A stretch of 64,000 nt of DNA from Ignavibacteria bacterium (GTDB lineage Bacteria; Bacteroidota; Ignavibacteria; Kapaibacteriales; Kapaibacteriaceae): assembly GCA_947458785.1 (NCBI GenBank), contig CANGZU010000001.1:4269-68268 (forward strand), in the 5' to 3' direction. How positions within the stretch are numbered: the first letter of the stretch is position 1; every line of letters begins with the position of its first letter. Of the stretch, positions 20,010 to 28,659 are shown piece after piece. Below the pieces are notes generated by a model, which ran no database searches, was not told the DNA's origin, and saw only the letters and a list, made by a program, of their open reading frames with translations. Made by a program: the position numbers and the translations under genes.

Positions 20010-20401
20010 TGCGGAATCTTCTCATCATCGCAACGATCATGTGGGGGCTTGTGCTCGCATCATGCGATGGTTCAATGATTACCGAGCCACAAGATGTTGT
20101 GTTTCCAGACAGCAATGTGAGCTTTCGTGGACAGGTTTTGCCATTTCTGGCCGTTACCTGTGCGGTAAGTGGATGCCACGGAGACATAGGGGCAGCTGCT
20201 GGGATTCGGTTAACTTCGTACTCAACGTTACTTTTCGACAGACCCAACTTGGTTGTACCAGGCAAGCCCGACGAAAGCTTGATCATGCAAGTGCTCGACG
20301 GACGGCTTCTACATCCATGGGGGAACATCCAATCGGTCGTATCCAGCTCGCAGGTTCGTGGCATGGGTACATGGATCATCGAGGGCGCAATCAATAACTA
20401 G
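20009..20401 (+). CDS. small lipoprotein with PSCyt1-like (planctomycete cytochrome c-like) domain, atypical CX4CH
   Basis: lipobox LASC; VLPFLAVTCAVSGCHGD...IRLTSY...VVPGKPDESLIMQVL matches the PSCyt1 pattern, but the Cys are spaced CX4CH. Confidence 0.45.
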   Translation: MRNLLIIATIMWGLVLASCDGSMITEPQDVVFPDSNVSFRGQVLPFLAVTCAVSGCHGDIGAAAGIRLTSYSTLLFDRPNLVVPGKPDESLIMQVLDGRLLHPWGNIQSVVSSSQVRGMGTWIIEGAINN

Positions 20402-20432
20402 GTCACTGAACATTCTTTCGGAGTCAATTTTC

Positions 20433-21452
20433 ATGTCGACACTTCGTTCGCTTCTTATTGCCTTGGCTGGCATCGCGATCATTGCTGGATGTCAACCTAA
20501 GGCCAAACCCGTGCCAATCGAAGGCCTCGAGCTCAAGAAAGATGAGCTCCGCAAATTCGAGATCAAGGTTCCTGCGAACTGGGTTGTCCAGCACCGAAAA
20601 GGCGATATGATCGTGGCCTTTAGCACGAAGGCACATGCTGCGAGATTCACGCAGTTTGGCAAGGGGCGTGGTGGAGCAAAGGTCGAGATTCGCGCCATCG
20701 CTATGGACAGCACCACGAACATTGATTCTCTTGTCAAGCGCTCTAAGCTCGAGTTTGAAGATGGCCTTGACCGTTACCAGAAATCAGTCGCAACGTTAGG
20801 TGGTAAGTCTGGTCAGCGCTTGTTCGTTGATTTCGACCAGGAAGACGGCAAGTTCGTCACTGAATCGTATTTCGCTGAGAACGACTCAGTGGTAACGATG
20901 GTCACATTCGCAGCCTTCGGCAACACATTCGAAGACTATGAAGAAGAGTTCAAAGAGATTTTGGCATCGGTAAAGCTTGCCAAGAAAATGGCTCCACTTC
21001 CGGCTGGTGTTCCGCAGGGGCCGGGAGCACCTGTCCCCCCTAGCGATACTCTTAAGCCACACAGCGGTGGCGACTACGCGATCAGCTATCCAAAGAACTT
21101 CGAAACCAAGAAGGGTTCAGCATCAGCCATAAGCTCAACGATCTTTGTTGGAGCCCGCTTGGACTGTTCAATCCAGGTTGACGTGATCAACGCAAAGGAG
21201 CAAAACAACCTTGACCGAATCGTAGAACAGAACAAGGCGCGCTATCCAGGCGCAACGCAGAGCAATGCAACGCTCGGCGGACAGAAGTCCGTTGTGTTTG
21301 CCTACAATCCAACGGCAACCATTGCAGCGCGCGCATACTTTGCTGTCAAGGGCGATAAGATGTACCGCGTCACTGTCAACTGGAGCAAGGCAGATGAAAA
21401 GGTCTATTTACCGATCTTTGAGAAGTGTGTTCGCTCAATGAAGCTCAACTAA
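20433..21452 (+). CDS. lipoprotein with internally duplicated domain, unknown function
   Basis: lipobox IAGC; two about 150 aa halves with similar pattern; start refined to Met 20433. Confidence 0.4.
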   Translation: MSTLRSLLIALAGIAIIAGCQPKAKPVPIEGLELKKDELRKFEIKVPANWVVQHRKGDMIVAFSTKAHAARFTQFGKGRGGAKVEIRAIAMDSTTNIDSLVKRSKLEFEDGLDRYQKSVATLGGKSGQRLFVDFDQEDGKFVTESYFAENDSVVTMVTFAAFGNTFEDYEEEFKEILASVKLAKKMAPLPAGVPQGPGAPVPPSDTLKPHSGGDYAISYPKNFETKKGSASAISSTIFVGARLDCSIQVDVINAKEQNNLDRIVEQNKARYPGATQSNATLGGQKSVVFAYNPTATIAARAYFAVKGDKMYRVTVNWSKADEKVYLPIFEKCVRSMKLN

Positions 21453-21466
21453 ACGAGACCGTACAG

Positions 21467-22639
21467 ATGAAGGTAGCCGTCATCATCGCCGTCGTATTGT
21501 TCTCCAGTGCGACGGCGTTTTCTATTCCGCAGTTCTCTGCCATTTCCGGAAATCGCTGTATCAACTGTCACGTTGCCCCTTCAGGTGGCGGCGTGCGCAA
21601 CGATCTCGGTTGGTACAGCTGGTATGATGTAGGTCTTGTCCCAAGAACGAATGACCTGTTCAGCTGGTTCTACGACAAGGACTCGTCGAATCAGTTCTTT
21701 AACGGCAAGCTGATTCTTGGCATGGACACTCGCATCCAAAGTACACGGTCCTTCAACAGCGAAGCCTCGGTGCGCAGAACATTTCCAATGCAGACCTCAT
21801 TCTACTCGGCGTACACGCCAATTCCCGAGGTCACCATCGAAGGTTCAGTGAATCTGTCGACGATCGCCCTTGGGTCTGACAATCTTCCCTACCCCGGAAT
21901 GCGTCCGGCAGCAATCTCAGCAATCATTGCACCATCATTCTCTTGGCCATCACTGCGCGTCGGCATGTTCCGTCCGAACATCGGCATGCGATACGACGAC
22001 CACACCATGGCCCCCTACTCCTACACTCTTGCTACGCAGCGCAGGACAGTGATTGCCCCAGACTGGTCCGAGCTTGGTGCCGAGGTATCCTACGAGGGGC
22101 TCAAGTGGCTCTCGCTTCAGGCTGGCGTCTTCAGCAGTGAAGGTCTTTCTCAGGTTCGCATCTCCGATGGAATTGAAACATTTTCAGTTGTCAACGGCAA
22201 CCAGCCAACACTAACAGCTAGAGCAGTGCTCTGGCCGCGTGCATTCAACGACAAGCTGAACATGTGGTTCGGCGGTTCATATCTGCAGAACAACGACTTC
22301 AGCATTACGAGCGCCTTCAGCGGAATTGGACTCAGCGATGAGTTCTCACTCATGCTCGACTACACTCGCATGCATTACGATGATCGCTTTAGCTCTGAGT
22401 CTATGATGGCAGAGTTAATGTATTCGGCATCGACGTGGTTCTTCCCGTATGTTCGGGCAGAGCGTTACTATACGGATCAGTATCGAGCACGTGGCACCTA
22501 CCTGAGTAACTCTGCCACAATCGGAGCTCAGATCTTTTTGATGCCCTATATCGAGCTGCGTCCGGAATACCGCATCTGGGACACGTGGATGACTGGTTAT
22601 ACGTCTCGCTGGAACGTGCAACTGCACTTTTTCTATTGA
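21467..22639 (+). CDS. Cyc2-like fused monoheme cytochrome c-porin (outer membrane)
   Basis: signal peptide, then a single CINCH (CXXCH) about 10 aa into the mature protein, then about 350 aa of alternating amphipathic beta strands ending in aromatic FFY. Confidence 0.5.
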   Translation: MKVAVIIAVVLFSSATAFSIPQFSAISGNRCINCHVAPSGGGVRNDLGWYSWYDVGLVPRTNDLFSWFYDKDSSNQFFNGKLILGMDTRIQSTRSFNSEASVRRTFPMQTSFYSAYTPIPEVTIEGSVNLSTIALGSDNLPYPGMRPAAISAIIAPSFSWPSLRVGMFRPNIGMRYDDHTMAPYSYTLATQRRTVIAPDWSELGAEVSYEGLKWLSLQAGVFSSEGLSQVRISDGIETFSVVNGNQPTLTARAVLWPRAFNDKLNMWFGGSYLQNNDFSITSAFSGIGLSDEFSLMLDYTRMHYDDRFSSESMMAELMYSASTWFFPYVRAERYYTDQYRARGTYLSNSATIGAQIFLMPYIELRPEYRIWDTWMTGYTSRWNVQLHFFY

Positions 22640-22659
22640 TCGCAACAGGAGCCCCGTTC

Positions 22660-22959
22660 ATGAAACAGAACATCCTCATCATCATTGGAGTTGTAGGCAT
22701 CCTTGTAGGGGGCTGGCTCTGGGTTAAGGACGGCATGCATGTGTTCTCCAAGGATCGTGAAGAAGTGGTCCGCGAATTCAAGGACGAACTTTTCGGGACA
22801 ACCCGACGCGAAGTTGAGTACATCCCCGCATTTAAGTTTGGCCTACTTCCAGTCGATGTAACTGTAGCTGATTTCCCACGCTGCTACGCATTCGTAGGCA
22901 GTGTCTCAGTTGCACTCATTGGATTCGGCCTCTGGCGCAAACGCTCCTCTAGCAAGTAG
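22660..22959 (+). CDS. small two-helix membrane protein, unknown function
   Basis: 99 aa with N- and C-terminal hydrophobic helices; directly downstream of the Cyc2-like gene. Confidence 0.35.
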   Translation: MKQNILIIIGVVGILVGGWLWVKDGMHVFSKDREEVVREFKDELFGTTRREVEYIPAFKFGLLPVDVTVADFPRCYAFVGSVSVALIGFGLWRKRSSSK

Positions 22960-22967
22960 CACCTACC

Positions 22968-23060
22968 TCGTCATTCGTCATTGGTAATTCGTCATTCGTC
23001 ATTGGTAATTCGTCATTCGTCATTGGTAATTCGTCATTCGTCATTGGTAATTCGTCATTA
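22968..23060. repeat. perfect 21-bp tandem repeat x4.4 (TCGTCATTCGTCATTGGTAAT)
   Basis: read directly; each unit contains two TCGTCATT octamers; fills the intergenic space immediately 5' of the Rieske gene. Confidence 0.95.
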
Positions 23061-23068
23061 GCACGCCC

Positions 23069-23542
23069 ATGTCTACCTCATCTCGTCGTTCATTCCTGCA
23101 GCAGGCTGCTGCATCTGTTGGACTCGTTCTATCTGCTTCTACAGTGGCAACGCTTGTTGCCGGTTGTGAACAGGACGAAAGTCAGCCAACATCACCAGGC
23201 AAGACATATGATGTAAGTCTTGCAGCGTTTCCAGAGCTCAACACCGTTGGCAGTATCATCCAGACTACCATTGCTGGCGTGAATAACGGGGAGATGGTCT
23301 TCATCTCTCGTATCGATGCGCAGACGTTTGTGGTCTTCAGCACGGTCTGTACGCATTCAGGTTGCGGCGTGGGTCTGCCAATCGATGCTGCAAGCAATTG
23401 CGTTTGTCCGTGCCACAAGGCGGAGTTTGCACGCAGTAATGGTGCCGTACTAAGGCAGCCAACGTCTGGATCAGCTACGGACCTGCCCCGGTTTTCTTCG
23501 ACATACAATGCCTCTTCCAACGTGCTCACGATAACGGTCTAA
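23069..23542 (+). CDS. Tat-exported Rieske [2Fe-2S] protein
   Basis: SRRSFLQQAAA twin-arginine signal; CTHSGC and CPCH Rieske boxes. Confidence 0.8.
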   Translation: MSTSSRRSFLQQAAASVGLVLSASTVATLVAGCEQDESQPTSPGKTYDVSLAAFPELNTVGSIIQTTIAGVNNGEMVFISRIDAQTFVVFSTVCTHSGCGVGLPIDAASNCVCPCHKAEFARSNGAVLRQPTSGSATDLPRFSSTYNASSNVLTITV

Positions 23543-23544
23543 GC

Positions 23545-24615
23545 GTGCCAATTCCCTCAGAGTATCATGACGCCGTGCGCGACGCCGTCTACGACGTAAC
23601 CGCACAGCATAAGCACCTGTCGTCGAGTATAGAGCGCGTCTTTCGTGAGTTTAGACCCGATGCAGAAACTGCGCGCGCCGTGCGTGCAGCTATCTATCAG
23701 GCTGTGCGCTATGACGATGCCGATGCTGCCATTGACGGAGCACTGGACGGAGTTGTTGATCAGCGTCTTGCGCACTTCCCTGAGTGGTTGCGTGTTCGCA
23801 TTCGCGAGGTCTTTACCGACAATGCAGACAACGTGCTGACGTCGATGCTCAGCGATGCGTCAACGTTTATACGCGTCAACACACACCGCATCGATATCGC
23901 CACATGTGTGGCAGCGCTCGCCCCTTACGCGCCGTTGTATCTCGAGAATGAGATCATTCGTATCGACGAACCATTTGGTCTGTACACATCTGAAGCATTC
24001 CAGCGCGGCTGGTTCGAGCAGCAGGACATCAATTCGTACAAGGCTGCATGCGAGCTACCGTGTACGCCAGGTATGCGCATTGTAGACGCTTGCGCTGGTG
24101 CGGGCGGCAAGTCTCTCGTGTTCGCTAGCCACATGAAGAACAAGGGACGCATCATTGCCCTGGACACGCAAGCCTCCAAGCTTGATGCACTTCGCACGCG
24201 ATCAACGCGCGCTGGCGTAGACATTATCGAAACTCGCGAGATAACAACCACGAAAGTGGTAAAGCGACTTCACGAAACAGCGGACGGTGTTTTTATCGAT
24301 GTGCCGTGCACAGGCACGGGCGTGATCCGTCGCAATCCCGACATCCTCTATCGCCTCACCCCAGAATCTCTGCAGGAGTTGGTTAACATTCAGGCCGACA
24401 TCTTGCGGCGGTCCGCACCGATTGCTAAGGTTGGCGCAACAGTTGTTTACACAACGTGCAGCGTGCTTCCCGAAGAGGGACGCAACCAGATCAGTGCGTT
24501 TCTGGCAACTGAGTCTGGTGCTAAGTTTTCACTCCAGCATGAATGGTCCACACTGCCCAACGATGCAGGGGGCGACGGGTTCTACGTAGCACGGCTCAAG
24601 CGCGAGGCTGTGTGA
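23545..24615 (+). CDS. RsmB/Sun (NOL1/NOP2) family rRNA cytosine-C5 methyltransferase
   Basis: VDACAGAGGKS SAM-binding motif and IDVPCTGTG catalytic motif. Confidence 0.8.
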   Translation: MPIPSEYHDAVRDAVYDVTAQHKHLSSSIERVFREFRPDAETARAVRAAIYQAVRYDDADAAIDGALDGVVDQRLAHFPEWLRVRIREVFTDNADNVLTSMLSDASTFIRVNTHRIDIATCVAALAPYAPLYLENEIIRIDEPFGLYTSEAFQRGWFEQQDINSYKAACELPCTPGMRIVDACAGAGGKSLVFASHMKNKGRIIALDTQASKLDALRTRSTRAGVDIIETREITTTKVVKRLHETADGVFIDVPCTGTGVIRRNPDILYRLTPESLQELVNIQADILRRSAPIAKVGATVVYTTCSVLPEEGRNQISAFLATESGAKFSLQHEWSTLPNDAGGDGFYVARLKREAV

Positions 24616-24616
24616 G

Positions 24617-24994
24617 ATGAACGCCCCAGAACAGATCACCGTGATCTTCGATGGGATGTGCAACCTCTGCGATGCCACCGTAAACCATTTGCATCGGCAC
24701 GACATAAACCGTCAGCTACGCTACATACCGTTTCAGGGCGAAGAGGGCTCGGCACTGCTCCGCAGACACGGCGTTATGGGTCCGCCCGACTCGGTATATG
24801 TTATCACGCCATCGGGAGAATTCTACACAGAAGATCTGGCCATGATCTATCTCTTTACCCTCCTGGGTGGATGGCACAAGCCCCTTGCCTACCTGATCAA
24901 GGCCATTCCTCGCTTGATCAGGCGTCCGGTGTATCAGTGGATGTCACGAAACCGGTATGCGATGTTCGGCAAGCGAGAGACCTGTCGGTATTGA
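24617..24994 (+). CDS. DCC1-like thiol-disulfide oxidoreductase (DUF393)
   Basis: VIFDGMCNLCD motif near the N-terminus. Confidence 0.7.
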   Translation: MNAPEQITVIFDGMCNLCDATVNHLHRHDINRQLRYIPFQGEEGSALLRRHGVMGPPDSVYVITPSGEFYTEDLAMIYLFTLLGGWHKPLAYLIKAIPRLIRRPVYQWMSRNRYAMFGKRETCRY

Positions 24995-25069
24995 CCTCTT
25001 GGAAATCCCCTGTAGTTCGGTATCTTTGCCGTCCTTGTCAAAAGTGAACCCATTCGGGAGTCAAGAATT

Positions 25070-25393
25070 ATGAGTACCTACATCGTTAATCCTGTCAAGG
25101 TCCGCATGGACGAGTCTGCAAAGGGCTCGATCTATAAGTCTATCGTTGCCATGGGCTTACGCTCACGTCAGATCAACGACCAGATCAAGACACAGATCTC
25201 CGAGCGCCTTGCCGACGTTATCGTCGACACGGACGAGGCGGAAGGTCCAAATGCAGACCAGATCGCAATCAGCAAGGAGTTTGACCTTCTTCCGAAGCCT
25301 ACGTTCTTGGCGATGAAGGAAATGACAGACGGTCAGATCCATGTCCGCACGGAGCCGCTTCCAGTTGCAGCTCCTTTGGTAGCAGAGGAATAA
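25070..25393 (+). CDS. rpoZ: probable DNA-directed RNA polymerase subunit omega
   Basis: 107 aa; SIYKSIVAMGLRSRQIN resembles the omega core; conserved rpoZ-coaBC linkage. Confidence 0.5.
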   Translation: MSTYIVNPVKVRMDESAKGSIYKSIVAMGLRSRQINDQIKTQISERLADVIVDTDEAEGPNADQIAISKEFDLLPKPTFLAMKEMTDGQIHVRTEPLPVAAPLVAEE

Positions 25394-25453
25394 CCAATCC
25401 ATGAAGTTGAGGAAGAGCCATCCGGTCTGTGCCGAGATGGCTCTTGTTGTCTT

Positions 25454-26707
25454 ATGAACATCCTGCTTGGAATAACCGGAAGCGTTTCGGCCTACAAAAC
25501 GCCATGGCTTGTGCGAGATCTGCGCAAGGCCGGCCACGACGTGCGCGTGGTGATGACTCCATCTGCCCGCCAGTTCGTAGCGCCACTGGCCCTGGAGGCG
25601 GTATCACTGCATTCGGTGATCATCGACCCCTACGATCCAGCAATTCAGCAAGGGGGCTCATGGCACGTGCATCTTGCTCAGTGGGCCGATTTGATCTTGA
25701 TCGCCCCTTGCTCAGCAACGACGTTGGCACGCCTTGCCACAGGGTTATGCGACACAGCTCTCATGACTGTTGTCTGCTCACGGACAGCCGACACTGAGCT
25801 GATCGTGTTCCCGGCCATGGACACCGACATGTGGCTGCAACCATCGACCAAGCGCAATGTTGAACAACTGCGCGCTGACGGCATCACCGTTGTAGATCCA
25901 GACTCAGGCGAGCTTGCTTCCGGACTGATAGGTCAAGGCAGACTGCCAGAGATTGGGAAGATCGTTGGGATAGTAGCGAGTGCCGAGTACCGAGTGCCGA
26001 GCAGCGAAGTTGGTCGTCCTCGCGAAAGCGGGGACCCAGCACTCGGAACACGGCACTCGGCACTCGGCACTCGGAACTCGCTGCTTATAACCGCTGGTCC
26101 CACCCATGAACGCATTGATGCCGTACGCTCGATCGTAAATCATGCCACGGGTACAATGGGATTTGCACTTGCAGAAGCTGCACAGAAGCGTGGGTACCTG
26201 GTGACGCTTGTGACGGGTCCAACAAATCTTCCAGCACCATTTGGCGTGGAACGCATAGATGTTGTGAGCGCACAAGAGATGTACGAAGCAGTGATGAAGC
26301 ACAGAGATGTGGACGCATTCATCATGGCGGCAGCAGTGGCTGACTTTACCCCATTGAAGCCGTCACAGCAGAAGATCAAGAAGGAACAACTCGGCGATAC
26401 TCTTTCGATAGAGCTTACCCGCACCCACGACATTCTCGCAGAGATCGGCAAGGGTAAGACAGAACGTCAACGCGTTGTCGGGTTTGCTCTCGAATCCGAC
26501 GACGTCGTCGAGAACGCGAAGCGAAAGCTCGCAACGAAGAGTGCAGACATGATTATTGCCAATCAGGCAGGCGTGCCGAACAGCGGGTTTGGCGGCGGAC
26601 AGAATACCATAACGATCGTTACGAATGGTTCGGATCCAAAGACCTATCCGGCGATGTCGAAACGCGCATGTGCCGAGGTGATCCTCGATGCATTGGAGAA
26701 CCTGTGA
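25454..26707 (+). CDS. coaBC: bifunctional phosphopantothenoylcysteine decarboxylase / phosphopantothenate-cysteine ligase
   Basis: N-terminal flavoprotein domain; LLITAGPTHERIDAVRSIVNHATGTMGFALAEAA CoaB signature; linker lengthened by a repeat element. Confidence 0.9.
   Translation: MNILLGITGSVSAYKTPWLVRDLRKAGHDVRVVMTPSARQFVAPLALEAVSLHSVIIDPYDPAIQQGGSWHVHLAQWADLILIAPCSATTLARLATGLCDTALMTVVCSRTADTELIVFPAMDTDMWLQPSTKRNVEQLRADGITVVDPDSGELASGLIGQGRLPEIGKIVGIVASAEYRVPSSEVGRPRESGDPALGTRHSALGTRNSLLITAGPTHERIDAVRSIVNHATGTMGFALAEAAQKRGYLVTLVTGPTNLPAPFGVERIDVVSAQEMYEAVMKHRDVDAFIMAAAVADFTPLKPSQQKIKKEQLGDTLSIELTRTHDILAEIGKGKTERQRVVGFALESDDVVENAKRKLATKSADMIIANQAGVPNSGFGGGQNTITIVTNGSDPKTYPAMSKRACAEVILDALENL
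25975..26085. repeat. imperfect palindromic element: arms of GCCGAGT/ACTCGGC heptamer repeats around a CGCGAAAGCG tetraloop core
   Basis: read directly; in-frame within the coaBC interdomain linker (encodes ...AEYRVPSSEVGRPRESGDPALGTRHSALGTRNS...). Confidence 0.85.
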
Positions 26708-28638
26708 TAACACTATCGAACATTACTGTTGACTTTGGCACACGCGTGCTGTTCAAGGGCGTCAGCTTTCTGATCAAGTTTGGAGACCGTATTGGTCTTG
26801 TTGGACGCAATGGGGCTGGGAAGTCGACCATGCTCAGCATCATTGCCGGGGAGCGTCAAGCAACCTCAGGCGATGTATCACGTCAAAACGGTATTCGCGT
26901 TGGATTCCTCTCCCAGGACCTTACGCTCGACATCACCAAGACCCTGCGTGAGACGGCAATGCAGGCCTTCGAAGAGGTGCTTGCCCTGCACGACGAGATC
27001 GATCGCATTCAGCATCAGCTCGAGACACGCAGAGATTATGAGACCGACGACTACATGAAGCTCGTGCAGCGTCTTACAGATGCTAACGATCTCTATGCTC
27101 GGCGTGGAGGCCTTACGATGCAGGCAGACATTGAGCAGATCCTTACCGGTCTTGGTTTCGAACGCGAACAGCTAGACAATCCACTGACCATGTTCTCAGG
27201 GGGCTGGCAGATGCGAGCAGAACTCGGGCGATTGCTGCTGCAACGTCCAGACTGTCTCTTGCTCGACGAGCCAACAAACCACCTTGATATCGACTCCGTT
27301 CGATGGCTCGAGGATTTTCTCTCGAACTACGAAGGCGCCGTTGTCCTGATCTCGCACGATCGTACGTTCCTGGACAACATCACGAATCGCACGATCGAGA
27401 TCACGAAGAACAAGGTCTACGACATCCCTGCATCGTACTCCGAGTATGAAGAGATACGCGCTGAACGCATGGAACAACAAAAGGCTATTGCGGCTAGACA
27501 GGGCCGCGAACGTGAGCGGATGCAGAAATGGATCGACCGCTTCAAGTACAAGGCCTCCATGGCCTCACGCGCGCAGTCCCGCATCAAAGCGCTTCAGCGC
27601 ATGGATGTCGTAGAGGTCGATGATCAAGACACATCGTCAATTCACTTCTCGTTTCCAGCTGCACCACGCTCCGGTCGTGTAGTCGTTGAATGCACAAACA
27701 TCCAAAAGAACTACGGCGACAAGCGTGTTCTCAGAGGTGTAGACTTCGTGCTCGAGCGCGGTGAGAAGATCGCGTTTATCGGAAAGAACGGCGAGGGCAA
27801 AACAACGCTAGCCAAGATCATCGCCGGCGTAGAGCCCCTTTCCGGAGGCGACATCCAAGTAGGTCATGCCACCTCGATTGGATACTATGCACAGCACCAA
27901 GCAGATCTAATGGACGGACATCAGACAGTCTATGAGATTATGGAGCAGGCCTCGCCGCCAGAAATGCGCTCGCGCCTGCGCACGCTGCTTGGAGCCTTTT
28001 TGTTCAAGGGCGACGACATAAACAAACGTGTTGGGGTGCTGAGTGGAGGCGAGAAGTCACGTCTTGCTCTGGCGCGATTGCTGCTGCAGCCATACAACCT
28101 ACTGATTCTTGATGAGCCCACGAACCACCTAGACATGCTCTCCAAGGAGGTTCTCAAGGAAGCCCTTCTTGCCTACGACGGGGCCATGATCGTGGTCTCA
28201 CACGACCGTGACTTTCTTGACGGACTTACGGAGAAGATCATCGCCTTCCGTATGGGTACGCTCAAAGAGTACGAGGGAGATGTTGATGCATATCTCAAGC
28301 TTCTGGGCGACCCCCGTGTGCAGGATGCCCCGCCCCCTGCTGAGATCCCTCTCAAGCATGCCCCAGCTGCCGAGGACAAACCAGCCGTGCTAAGCCGCGA
28401 GGAACAAAAGGCTGTTGAACGGGAAAAGCGCAAGGCGGAGCGCAGAATCGCCGAGATCGAAAAGCAGGTTGGGATTCAGGAAAAGATGATTGCAGATCTC
28501 GAAGCAACACTTGCAGACCCAGAGCTCTACAAAGACCCGGTGAAGCAGCACAAGAGTGTGACATCCTACGACACTGCAAAGCGCGTGGTAGCGTCTCTGA
28601 TGGAAGAGTGGTCATCACTCATGGAAGTCCTTCAGTAA
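26704..28638 (+). CDS. ABC-F family ATPase (tandem ABC domains, no TMD)
   Basis: two Walker A (GRNGAGKST, GKNGEGKTT), two LSGG signatures and a helical linker; GTG start overlapping the coaBC stop. Confidence 0.85.
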   Translation: MITLSNITVDFGTRVLFKGVSFLIKFGDRIGLVGRNGAGKSTMLSIIAGERQATSGDVSRQNGIRVGFLSQDLTLDITKTLRETAMQAFEEVLALHDEIDRIQHQLETRRDYETDDYMKLVQRLTDANDLYARRGGLTMQADIEQILTGLGFEREQLDNPLTMFSGGWQMRAELGRLLLQRPDCLLLDEPTNHLDIDSVRWLEDFLSNYEGAVVLISHDRTFLDNITNRTIEITKNKVYDIPASYSEYEEIRAERMEQQKAIAARQGRERERMQKWIDRFKYKASMASRAQSRIKALQRMDVVEVDDQDTSSIHFSFPAAPRSGRVVVECTNIQKNYGDKRVLRGVDFVLERGEKIAFIGKNGEGKTTLAKIIAGVEPLSGGDIQVGHATSIGYYAQHQADLMDGHQTVYEIMEQASPPEMRSRLRTLLGAFLFKGDDINKRVGVLSGGEKSRLALARLLLQPYNLLILDEPTNHLDMLSKEVLKEALLAYDGAMIVVSHDRDFLDGLTEKIIAFRMGTLKEYEGDVDAYLKLLGDPRVQDAPPPAEIPLKHAPAAEDKPAVLSREEQKAVEREKRKAERRIAEIEKQVGIQEKMIADLEATLADPELYKDPVKQHKSVTSYDTAKRVVASLMEEWSSLMEVLQ

Positions 28639-28659
28639 CAACCGATACGGGAGCACCCT

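Noticed and set aside
22968-23060. Possible CRISPR array
   Set aside because: Perfect head-to-tail 21-bp units with no unique spacers; it is a simple tandem repeat
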